In this document: piece after piece, positions 27,621 to 35,740 of the stretch | Numbering within the stretch: the stretch's first letter is position 1 | How the letters are laid out: each line of letters opens with the position of its first letter | IMG/VR virus record: IMGVR_UViG_3300042695_000536 | Location: 1-64,000 of that record | Reading direction: 5' to 3' (one strand) | DNA: 64,000 nucleotides | Origin: a virus | Lineage: Duplodnaviria > Caudoviricetes | Position numbers and translations under genes: made by a program | Notes under the pieces: generated by a model | Seen by the model: only the letters and a program-made list of their open reading frames with translations | Databases searched by the model: none | What the model was told of the DNA's origin: nothing

Positions 27621-28152
27621 TAGATGATTACCTTTCGTTTGTTTGTTATACCTTAAGCATAGCATGGGGGTCTGACAAATGTCTAATCCAAAATGCGTAT
27701 AATTCGGACATTGTGAGATGTATCACAAAAAAATCGTGTGAGATGAGTCACAAATGACCATTCATTATGGGCGCACTATCCGAAATGTCCGTTTTGCCTA
27801 AATTGTGTATCATACATGTAAAAAATATATTAACATTTTCTTAAATCTGAAAAAGCAGTCAACTAGAATAAATGGCGGGGAATATGGTAAGATACTACTT
27901 GATCAACATAGCTGTTATATAAGCTATTGACTTTGGTAAAAGTAAAATGCTACACTTAGTTTGCTTTGTGGGGGGCTTACCCTGAAACTCAATATGTACC
28001 AGATAACATCTGTGGATATATGTTCCAGGAATTGCTTTCTCTATCTTTCCAAAAAGAAAAAATTTGGGGGGTAGGGGGGCTTTCCTAAAATCTAATATAC
28101 CCAGATAAAAAGTTAAAAAAGATAAAGAATATAAGACAAATAGGTGATAAGT

Positions 28153-28260
28153 ATGTGTAGAGAATGTGGAAACTGTTCAAGACAACATACTAGAACGATA
28201 GATGATTCTATGGATGAAGTCCTAGATTCAATTTTTAAAAAAACGGGGGTAGAACAGTGA
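28153..28260 (+). CDS. MCxxCxxC micropeptide, 35 aa
   Basis: AGGTGA RBS; MCRECGNCSRQH... Confidence 0.55.
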   Translation: MCRECGNCSRQHTRTIDDSMDEVLDSIFKKTGVEQ

Positions 28261-28339
28261 AACTTCTTTTGGCTATAGCCATAGTAACTGTAATGACTTT
28301 TACCCTTGGTATCATATATCAGATAATAGGCTAATATAA

Positions 28340-28414
28340 GGGCCTATAGCTTAACCTGGTTAAAGCAATTGTCTTATATGCAATCGACTTTGGGTTCAAA
28401 TCCCAATAGGCCTA
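28340..28414 (+). tRNA. tRNA-Ile(TAT), CCA not encoded
   Basis: GGGCCTA/TAGGCCT acceptor; ATTGT-CTTATAT-GCAAT anticodon arm; TTGGG-TTCAAAT-CCCAA T arm. Confidence 0.85.
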
Positions 28415-28540
28415 CTTGGAGGAAATATGGATAATGTAAGAGTGCCAGATGAATGGCCAAAAACTAAGAAGGCTAAATTCCTTCTTGTATGCTTTGGCGT
28501 TATAGTACTATTTCTTTTTTTTAATTTATAGATCTACTTG

Positions 28541-28554
28541 GTTTCACGTGAAAC
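28541..28554. promoter_or_regulatory. parS: parS site
   Basis: Perfect palindrome GTTTCACGTGAAAC, intergenic. Confidence 0.8.
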
Positions 28555-28813
28555 ATGGAGTATAATATTACTATGCTAGCCTATGATGTTCCTCTTTCCG
28601 CCCTCCTTTTTATCGTATATGCTGGTGTACCAGCAGAAAATAATATAGGGCCTACTGAGGAGCAATTGGACGAGTATATAGCGATGTTAAAAAGAATTCA
28701 GGACTATGGTCTCTAATTTTCGGCTCACTTTTCGCCGCACTTTTTAGGACATTGAATCTGTAGAATATGTAGGGTATAATATACTTATTCTTAAAAATTA
28801 AAGGAGATACACG

Positions 28814-29107
28814 ATGAGATTTTTTAGTACAATTGACTCTGAAAGAGTAAACGCAATCTGGAACAAGTTCGATCTTTTTCTAGTTAAAGAATTCAAAGAA
28901 GCAAACCCATCTTTATCAGACGAAGAAATCTTGGAAGCAACAAAAGATGGCAAGCTAACAATTAAATACCAAGAAGATCAAAACTACGATGTATTGGTTT
29001 ATGAAACAGCAAATCTAAAGCTAGAAGAGTCTGAAGAGTATCTAGTAACAAACTTCGGCACAGAGTCTGACATAGCAGATCTTGAATCTTGGAAGGCTGC
29101 AAATTAA
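28814..29107 (+). CDS. hypothetical acidic protein
   Basis: AAGGAG RBS. Confidence 0.75.
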   Translation: MRFFSTIDSERVNAIWNKFDLFLVKEFKEANPSLSDEEILEATKDGKLTIKYQEDQNYDVLVYETANLKLEESEEYLVTNFGTESDIADLESWKAAN

Positions 29108-29643
29108 TGGGAATCCTTGATGACGTAACCCATGCTGAAGAGCAACCAGTAATTACTCTTCCTGCAAGCTCACAAAAAAAATTTATTTCTTTTGAAATTA
29201 CAGACGAAGAAGTTCTTGAAATTAAAAATTGGCTAAATTCTGCTACAGATGAGGAAAAAGAAACAATTGAGCATTCTAATATAACTAGAATTAATTACTC
29301 TCATCCAAGACTTCCAGTAAGACCTACTTTAACTGAAATAAGAGAAAAGTTTGTAGAGTTGTCTGATTTAAAAAGCCTACTCAGCATAAAAAATTATTAC
29401 ACAATGGCTTACTCTAACGCCGAGCCTTTTGAACATACTCATACAATGTCTGTAGAGCTAGATCCAGATGCAATATTTGTAAAAGCTTATATTGTATTAG
29501 ATGGTAGCTTAAAAATAAATGGAATTTCTTCTAAAGTGTTTGCACCAAAAGAAATTGTGTTTTTTGTATCAGATTCTGAAAATGAAAACATCATGAGTTC
29601 AGGAGAAGAAGATTCTCTTATTTTGGGACTCACTTTAGCATAA
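29107..29643 (+). CDS. cupin-fold-like protein
   Basis: HTH...YIVLDGSL.I; TAATG coupling. Confidence 0.55.
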   Translation: MGILDDVTHAEEQPVITLPASSQKKFISFEITDEEVLEIKNWLNSATDEEKETIEHSNITRINYSHPRLPVRPTLTEIREKFVELSDLKSLLSIKNYYTMAYSNAEPFEHTHTMSVELDPDAIFVKAYIVLDGSLKINGISSKVFAPKEIVFFVSDSENENIMSSGEEDSLILGLTLA

Positions 29644-29649
29644 CAAAGA

Positions 29650-30300
29650 TTAATTTTTGTAAAAGTTAGGTATTTTTATAAAAGCTGGAAGTACATATCT
29701 TGTAGGTCCTTCTGTTACAAATCTTACTCCATGCTCCCATTCTGGATCCCCACCAAATAGTAAAAGATCTCCAGGTTCTGGTTTCATTTCAAATCCTTTT
29801 TTAGCCCAAAAAATTTCACCACCGTTATAATCATTATTTATGTATATAACTCCAGCGTGTTGTATGGATTCATCTGTATTTTGATCATGATGAGATACTA
29901 GCTGTACCCCATCATACATTCTCTGTATAAAATAAAATCCACTTAGTAAAAGCCCTTCTTTGGTTTTTTCAAGCACATCATTAAATCTTTTATCTATTCT
30001 TCTATGTATATCTGAGTTAATGAAGGATACGTTTTTATCATTCCAGTTTAATGTTACTTCGTATAAACCTTCTTTAACTAAATTTTCTATATCTTCCCTG
30101 CCAAATTTTTCTTTTGTAAAAACCTTTAGCTGGTCTGTATACCACTTATCCCATTGTTCTTCAGAGGTGTTATTTATTATACCCATGTATTCTTCAATGT
30201 CTTCTTTCGTTATAAAGTTTTTAACAACAAGCAATCCATCAATAGGAGTTTCTACGGTATATCCGCTTTCTTCAAATTCTTTTTTCATCCAAGTGGTCAT
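29650..30300 (-). CDS. 2OG-Fe(II) oxygenase, P4Hc-like
   Basis: HHD; IYINNDYNGGE; HGV...G.TRY. Confidence 0.88.
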   Translation of the reverse strand: MTTWMKKEFEESGYTVETPIDGLLVVKNFITKEDIEEYMGIINNTSEEQWDKWYTDQLKVFTKEKFGREDIENLVKEGLYEVTLNWNDKNVSFINSDIHRRIDKRFNDVLEKTKEGLLLSGFYFIQRMYDGVQLVSHHDQNTDESIQHAGVIYINNDYNGGEIFWAKKGFEMKPEPGDLLLFGGDPEWEHGVRFVTEGPTRYVLPAFIKIPNFYKN

Positions 30301-30312
30301 AGTATTATTGTA

Positions 30313-30945
30313 TCATTCCTTCCACATAATAGCTTGGCCAGTAGGTAGCTCAAGTATATTGTGATCTTCAAAAGCGTCTTTTACAGCTTTTCTAGATCCT
30401 TCTGTTTTGTAAGAACCGTAGTCATCACATATTAATACTCCGCCAGAAACTATTTTAGGCCAAAAATATTCTATTGATTCTTTTGTTGGCTCGTATAAAT
30501 CTACATCTACATGTACAAATGAATACTGTTTTTCTTCAAGGTCTTTAAATACTTCTGGTATCCAGCCTTTTTTTAATTCTATATTTTTGTATCTAGATAG
30601 GTTATTTTTTGCCCACGCCATTTCAGATTTTAGTTTTACTGTTTTAAAGTATTCTGTATCAAACTCTCCTGGCTCAGAAACGCCTTCCCAAGAATCAATT
30701 CCTATAAAAGATTTGTTGCAAAACTCGGCGGTAAAGAACATTGTCATTCCAGCATAAACACCAGTCTCAGCAAAGTTTAAATTTGGATTGATTACAGATT
30801 GATGTTTTGCCAGCTGTCTTAATATAGATATTCTTCCGTACTGAGCATTGTCCATAGAATTCTGTATGTTACATATTAAATTAAAATCATTATGTAGTTT
30901 TACAAAATCTTGGTCTTCAGTCCATCTGCTTAAATATGAGTCCAT
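30313..30945 (-). CDS. TylF/MycF-like O-methyltransferase
   Basis: ETGVYAG; DSWEG; KGW; VHVDVDLYE; GGVLICDDYG. Confidence 0.9.
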   Translation of the reverse strand: MDSYLSRWTEDQDFVKLHNDFNLICNIQNSMDNAQYGRISILRQLAKHQSVINPNLNFAETGVYAGMTMFFTAEFCNKSFIGIDSWEGVSEPGEFDTEYFKTVKLKSEMAWAKNNLSRYKNIELKKGWIPEVFKDLEEKQYSFVHVDVDLYEPTKESIEYFWPKIVSGGVLICDDYGSYKTEGSRKAVKDAFEDHNILELPTGQAIMWKE

Positions 30946-31070
30946 TTTGCTCCTTAAACAAAAAACCCCAAAGGAGGCGGATCCTTTAGGGTCTTTGTTG
31001 CGTTATATCCGCATAGTGTAATTAATATCACACACTTATATTGTAGTATATTTTTTTTGACAAAGCAATA

Positions 31071-31256
31071 CTATTTTACGAGTTCTTTTTCAAGAAGCAC
31101 ATCGTATACAGCAGTCAATGCATGATTAATAGAAGGAGTGCTTTGCTCAATAAACTTATCTACTTCAGCTTCTTCCATACCGCTTGCTAGAGCCATGCTC
31201 TTATTTGTTTCGCTAAAAACCTCAGTCATGAGGTTGATTATTTCTTCTCTATCCAT
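31071..31256 (-). CDS. hypothetical protein
   Basis: GAGGAG RBS, coupled. Confidence 0.65.
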   Translation of the reverse strand: MDREEIINLMTEVFSETNKSMALASGMEEAEVDKFIEQSTPSINHALTAVYDVLLEKELVK

Positions 31257-31452
31257 TATTCTCCTCAGAAATAAATGCTGGGGAAGGTCCCAGCAAGAAT
31301 CCTTCTTTATGATATTCTACCATTTTCTCTATTTCTTTTACATCCCCGCCTTGCTTGGCTATCAGGCATAATACGTCATATATTCTATGAAGCATTATAT
31401 AATTTACCATAGGCAGATTGTCTTCTAGGTTGCTAGAATTAGTTTCAGTCAT
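31249..31452 (-). CDS. hypothetical protein
   Basis: YIMLHRIYDVL...H..G.LLGP.P. Confidence 0.7.
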   Translation of the reverse strand: MTETNSSNLEDNLPMVNYIMLHRIYDVLCLIAKQGGDVKEIEKMVEYHKEGFLLGPSPAFISEENNG

Positions 31453-31639
31453 TTTTTACTTTTATGTCTTCAAGCACTTCGTCAATTGTATTTAGGCCGC
31501 GAACTTTAGCTAGCTCTAAATATGACTGAATAACATTTAATGCTTTTTCAGCAAGAAATGCTCTGGGTATGTGTGCACATGGAATATTAGAAGACATGTC
31601 TAGAACTAAGTCTTTGTTAAACTTGCTTTCTATTTGCAT
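31445..31639 (-). CDS. hypothetical protein
   Basis: Coupled operon gene. Confidence 0.55.
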   Translation of the reverse strand: MQIESKFNKDLVLDMSSNIPCAHIPRAFLAEKALNVIQSYLELAKVRGLNTIDEVLEDIKVKND

Positions 31640-31826
31640 TTTCTATTTCTTTCACCATTTTGCTATAAAGGGCTATACCGATATAGCTTTTGTATTTACA
31701 AGAAACACAATAAATAAAAATTTTATCTTCGTTGTCTGTGTTAGAAAAGAGAAGGCCTTGATCTAATGGACAAGCCATTTCTGAAACAAGACCTTCTCTT
31801 GAAAGGCTCAGATATTCAGATACCAA
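31617..31826 (-). CDS. zinc-ribbon protein
   Basis: CPLD...YCVSC.Y. Confidence 0.65.
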   Translation of the reverse strand: MVSEYLSLSREGLVSEMACPLDQGLLFSNTDNEDKIFIYCVSCKYKSYIGIALYSKMVKEIENANRKQV

Positions 31827-31850
31827 TTGTATCTTAATAGTAAATCCTTT

Positions 31851-32426
31851 CTAACTTCTAGATGGAAATTTGTTTAGCCACTCTTTTGTTCGAGGAGTTA
31901 AACCTTTCCATGACGACCAATCTTGACCGCCATTGGTCATATAATACGTTATCTCTGCGTTGATTGCTGGATCAAATAACGAATAGTTACTGTCCAGTTT
32001 GAACTTTTCTTTACGATTATCACCTAGGTTTCCCAACATGTTAATCTGAAAAATTCCATAAGAGCTGTCTCCAGTTTTTATGTTGCCGTTATAAGCCATT
32101 GGGCGTCCATTAGACTCCTTTTTAGCTACGGCCCACGCCATTTTAAGGGCGCTACCCTCAAAGCCTACAGCTTTGAGAAGTTCAACCAATTCTTTATCTG
32201 TTAAAGACTCAGATGGTTTCCACACAGTATTACTGAATTGCTTCAGCGTTTCCTTGTCAAGTTGTGCTTCGGTTTTTACATCTGGTTTTACAACCAGTGC
32301 AGATGCTGATTGAATCATTTCTGGTTGACCAGTAAATAAAAACAATACAGCTACTGCTATTGCAACATAGTGATGTAAAACATCGCTAAGTTTTTCTTTT
32401 ATATTCTCCATAGGCATTTCCTCCAA
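31851..32426 (-). CDS. membrane-anchored/secreted lytic transglycosylase (SLT-like)
   Basis: N-terminal TM; AKKESNG catalytic Glu; SYGIFQIN; LFDPAINA; WSSW. Confidence 0.85.
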   Translation of the reverse strand: MEEMPMENIKEKLSDVLHHYVAIAVAVLFLFTGQPEMIQSASALVVKPDVKTEAQLDKETLKQFSNTVWKPSESLTDKELVELLKAVGFEGSALKMAWAVAKKESNGRPMAYNGNIKTGDSSYGIFQINMLGNLGDNRKEKFKLDSNYSLFDPAINAEITYYMTNGGQDWSSWKGLTPRTKEWLNKFPSRS

Positions 32427-32629
32427 TAGAGATAACGAACTATAAGAATACCATTAAAAAGTTTAATCTGTCAACCTAGAGTTCATGTTATATTTGTTTT
32501 AGTTAACTAATAATAAAGCTGTTTTCTTTACTTTTAATTTAATGCTCTTCCCATGCGTAAAAAAGTTTGGTAGAATAGGACTCTACTTAAATTAAATTAG
32601 ACCGCTAGGCGGAGAAACAGGTACTATAA

Positions 32630-34564
32630 ATGTCAAATACTATTGCAAACCCTTACGAAAATTTTATTGCGTTATCGCGTTACGCTAGATGGATTCCAGA
32701 AGAGAACCGTCGTGAAACGTGGGGTGAAACAGTAGATAGATATTTTGACTATATGCTGAATCACCTAAAGCAAAACCACAATTATATTCCAACTGAAAAG
32801 CTTGTAGCGGAATTAAAAGACGGTGTATTCAAAAGAAATGTCATGCCCTCAATGCGCTCCGTAATGACTTCAGGAGCAGCACTAGAACGAGATAATGTTG
32901 CAGGATACAATTGTGCTTTTTTGCCAGTTGACTCACCACGTTCATTTGATGAAACAATGTATATCCTTATGTGTGGAACGGGTGTAGGGTTTTCTGTTGA
33001 ATACAAGTACATTAATAAACTTCCTGCCGTCCCAGAATCTTTAGAGAAATCAACTACAGTTATTACTGTAGAAGATTCAAAGCAAGGGTGGGCAAAAGCA
33101 TATCGTGAGTTGCTAGCCCTTCTTTGGTCGGGTCAGATTCCAGCAATAGATGTTTCTAGGGTTCGTCCTGCAGGCGCAAGACTTAAGACAATGGGCGGAA
33201 GATCATCTGGCCCGCAGCCATTGGTTAACTTGTTTGATTTTACAATTGCAAAATTTAAAAATGCCGCAGGAAGAACTCTTAAGCCAATTGAATGCCATGA
33301 TATTATGTGCAAGATTGGTGAAGTAGTTGTTGTAGGAGGAGTTCGTCGCTCAGCAATGATTTCTCTTTCTAACATTAATGATATTGAAATGGCACAGGCT
33401 AAATCAGGAAACTGGTGGGAGCAAAGCCCTCAGAGAGCGTTGTCTAATAATTCTGTTGCATACTCACGCAAGCCAGATATGGAGCAATTTATTGCAGAAT
33501 GGAAATCTCTATATGACTCAAAGTCGGGAGAACGAGGGATATACAATGTGGCCGCAGCTCAAACCCAAGCAGCCAAATATGGAAGAAGAGATCCAGATAT
33601 ACACTATGGCACTAACCCGTGTTCAGAAATTATTTTACGTCCTTATCAGTTTTGCAATCTTTCAGAAGTCGTATTACGTGAAGGTGATACAAAGAAAGAT
33701 ATTGAACGCAAGGTAGAGCTAGCTACAATCCTTGGCACATGGCAATCTACGCTTACTGATTTTAAATATCTTAGAAAAATCTGGAAAGATAATACAGAAG
33801 AAGAACGCTTGCTGGGAGTATCTTTAACAGGACAATTTGGAAATAAGTTTATGTCAGGAAAAGAAGATCTGGTTTCCCTCGAAGCCTTTTTAATGAATCT
33901 TCGTGAATCAGCAAGAGAAGCAAATAAAAAAGAAGCAGGAAAAATTGGAATTCCCGAGTCTGCAGCTATTACATGTGTAAAGCCATCTGGAACTGTTTCC
34001 CAATTAGTTGGAGTGTCTTCTGGCATGCATGCGTGGCACTCTCCATACTACATTAGAACTGTTCGTGGTTCTAAGGGGGATCCTATTTCTGTATTTCTTA
34101 AAGAAGTTGGAATTCCAGTAGAAGATGATGTAATGAAGCCAAATGAAACTTATGTTTTTTCTTTTCCAGTAAAGGCACCAGAAGGTGCAATTGTTAGAAA
34201 TGATTTGACAGCTATTGAGCACCTTAATATTTGGTTGGTTTACCAACGTGCATGGTGTGAGCATAAGCCATCTATTACAGTTTCTGTAAAAGAAGATGAG
34301 TGGATGGAAGTTGGCGCCTGGGTGTACAAGCATTTTGATGAAGTGTCTGGAATTTCATTTCTACCACATTCAGATCACTCTTATAAGCAAGCTCCTTATC
34401 AAGAAGTAAGCAAGGAGGAGTACGAGGCCCTTGTTGCAAAGATGCCAAAGGAAATTCGCTGGGAAGATCTATCTTTTTATGAAACAGAAGATGGAACTTC
34501 AACAAATGCTACTCTTGCTTGCAGCTCTGACGGCAATTGTGAATTGGTAGATATTAGCGCATAG
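32630..34564 (+). CDS. nrdJ: class II (B12-dependent) ribonucleotide reductase
   Basis: YNCAF; GGVRRSA; TNPCSEI; CNLSE; TCVKPSGT; C-terminal CSSDGNC. Confidence 0.93.
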   Translation: MSNTIANPYENFIALSRYARWIPEENRRETWGETVDRYFDYMLNHLKQNHNYIPTEKLVAELKDGVFKRNVMPSMRSVMTSGAALERDNVAGYNCAFLPVDSPRSFDETMYILMCGTGVGFSVEYKYINKLPAVPESLEKSTTVITVEDSKQGWAKAYRELLALLWSGQIPAIDVSRVRPAGARLKTMGGRSSGPQPLVNLFDFTIAKFKNAAGRTLKPIECHDIMCKIGEVVVVGGVRRSAMISLSNINDIEMAQAKSGNWWEQSPQRALSNNSVAYSRKPDMEQFIAEWKSLYDSKSGERGIYNVAAAQTQAAKYGRRDPDIHYGTNPCSEIILRPYQFCNLSEVVLREGDTKKDIERKVELATILGTWQSTLTDFKYLRKIWKDNTEEERLLGVSLTGQFGNKFMSGKEDLVSLEAFLMNLRESAREANKKEAGKIGIPESAAITCVKPSGTVSQLVGVSSGMHAWHSPYYIRTVRGSKGDPISVFLKEVGIPVEDDVMKPNETYVFSFPVKAPEGAIVRNDLTAIEHLNIWLVYQRAWCEHKPSITVSVKEDEWMEVGAWVYKHFDEVSGISFLPHSDHSYKQAPYQEVSKEEYEALVAKMPKEIRWEDLSFYETEDGTSTNATLACSSDGNCELVDISA

Positions 34565-34636
34565 TGGTACAATAATAGAATTGGGCTAAAGCCCAAAATT
34601 CCTAGGCTACCCGCCTAGAAATAAGGAGGATCAAAA

Positions 34637-34870
34637 ATGGCAAAAGCTAAAGAAGATCTTAATGGAGATGGAAAGGTTACAATGCAAGAGAAAATTCTAG
34701 CAGCACTAGCAAGTTATGGACGTCATTTTTTAGGAGCAGCAATTGCCCTATATATGACTGGCAACACTAGTCCAAGAGACCTACTATTGGGCGGATTTGC
34801 TGCCACAGCACCCGTAATTTTGAAAGCACTTAATCCAAACGAACCATCGTTCGGTTTCACAAACAAGTAA
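34637..34870 (+). CDS. small membrane protein, putative holin
   Basis: DLNGDG loop, two hydrophobic segments, ALNPNEPSFG end. Confidence 0.55.
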   Translation: MAKAKEDLNGDGKVTMQEKILAALASYGRHFLGAAIALYMTGNTSPRDLLLGGFAATAPVILKALNPNEPSFGFTNK

Positions 34871-34941
34871 ATATAGTCGATTAGAAATACTCCTGTGCTA
34901 AAATTAGTACAGGAGTATTCCTATTTAGGAGACTATGGCAA

Positions 34942-35289
34942 ATGGCAGGACAAAAGAATTTCGAAGTAGATCAGAATGCAACATTTAGCTTTGTAGTAGA
35001 ATATAAAGACGACAATGGTAATGCGATTGATCTCACTGGCGCATCTGCAAAAATGCAGGTTCGTGATGTAAAAGGTGGAACAAAGCTAGCAGTAACTTTA
35101 ACATCTCCAAGCGGCGGTATAGTAATAAACGGCCCACTTGGAAAAGTAACTGTAACACTTACACCAACTCAAACAAATAAACTCTTTTACCCAAAGTCTG
35201 TATATGACATCATGGTCGTAGATTCTAATGCGAATAAAATAAAACTCCTTGAAGGGTTTATAACCCTAAATAGGTCGGTGACCATATAA
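34942..35289 (+). CDS. virion structural protein (Ig-like/BppU-like)
   Basis: DQNATF...IDLTG.SA.MQVR...YDI...LLEG. Confidence 0.7.
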   Translation: MAGQKNFEVDQNATFSFVVEYKDDNGNAIDLTGASAKMQVRDVKGGTKLAVTLTSPSGGIVINGPLGKVTVTLTPTQTNKLFYPKSVYDIMVVDSNANKIKLLEGFITLNRSVTI

Positions 35290-35729
35290 TGGTAGAATCC
35301 GTAGTTGTTAAAGAACAAATAAACAAAGTCATAATTTCTTCACCTGGACCACAAGGCCCAAGAGGAAGAACTATTCTAAATGGATCTGGAGATCCTGCAG
35401 CAAATTTAGGACTTACTGGAGATTTTTATTACGACACGGTATCTTCTGCTTTTCACGGACCAAAAGTTTCTGATTTAACATGGTCAGGATCTACTAAAAT
35501 ATTTTTAACAAATAATACATTAGCTTATTCTTGGGAGCTCGCTCAGGTCACTGGGCCAACCCTAGGTGTGTATTCTGTTGTTATTAGCCATGGGCTTGGG
35601 TATCAACCAAACGTTACAGTTAAATCAAGCGCAGGAGATATTTTAGAAACTGGAATAGATTACAATAGTAATAACCAAATAACACTGACAATGGCTCAAC
35701 CATTTTCAGGGACAGCATACCTGTCATAA
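35289..35729 (+). CDS. fibre-associated protein with short collagen motif
   Basis: GPQGPRG; G.G.P...G..GDFY.D; HGLG..P.V. Confidence 0.7.
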   Translation: MVESVVVKEQINKVIISSPGPQGPRGRTILNGSGDPAANLGLTGDFYYDTVSSAFHGPKVSDLTWSGSTKIFLTNNTLAYSWELAQVTGPTLGVYSVVISHGLGYQPNVTVKSSAGDILETGIDYNSNNQITLTMAQPFSGTAYLS

Positions 35730-35740
35730 GGAGATAGCAA

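Larger units (their letters stand above)
16083..27677 (-). promoter_or_regulatory. 14 PafBC/RecA-NDp-type promoters TGTCAG-N10-TAnnnT
   Basis: 22-bp elements with left ends at 16083, 17618, 19076, 20811, 20991, 22248, 23205, 23465, 24028, 25005, 25271, 26271, 27389, 27656. Confidence 0.9.
20861..27752. promoter_or_regulatory. CRP-family boxes TGTGA-N6-TCACA
   Basis: Perfect at 20861, 22308, 24087, 25341, 26342, 27439, 27712, 27737; one mismatch at 19144, 21040, 23525. Confidence 0.8.

Noticed and set aside
27692-27720. dif (XerC/D) site
   Set aside because: AATGCGTATAA resembles a XerC arm but no TTATGT XerD arm follows; the sequence is better explained by the GGACA motif and CRP box
27960-28000. 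Hatchet-like ribozyme (GTGGGGGGCTTA)
   Set aside because: Only a short similarity; flanking stems and other conserved residues not found
32430-32629. NrdR boxes or cobalamin riboswitch upstream of nrdJ
   Set aside because: No convincing tandem NrdR palindromes or B12-box sequence seen
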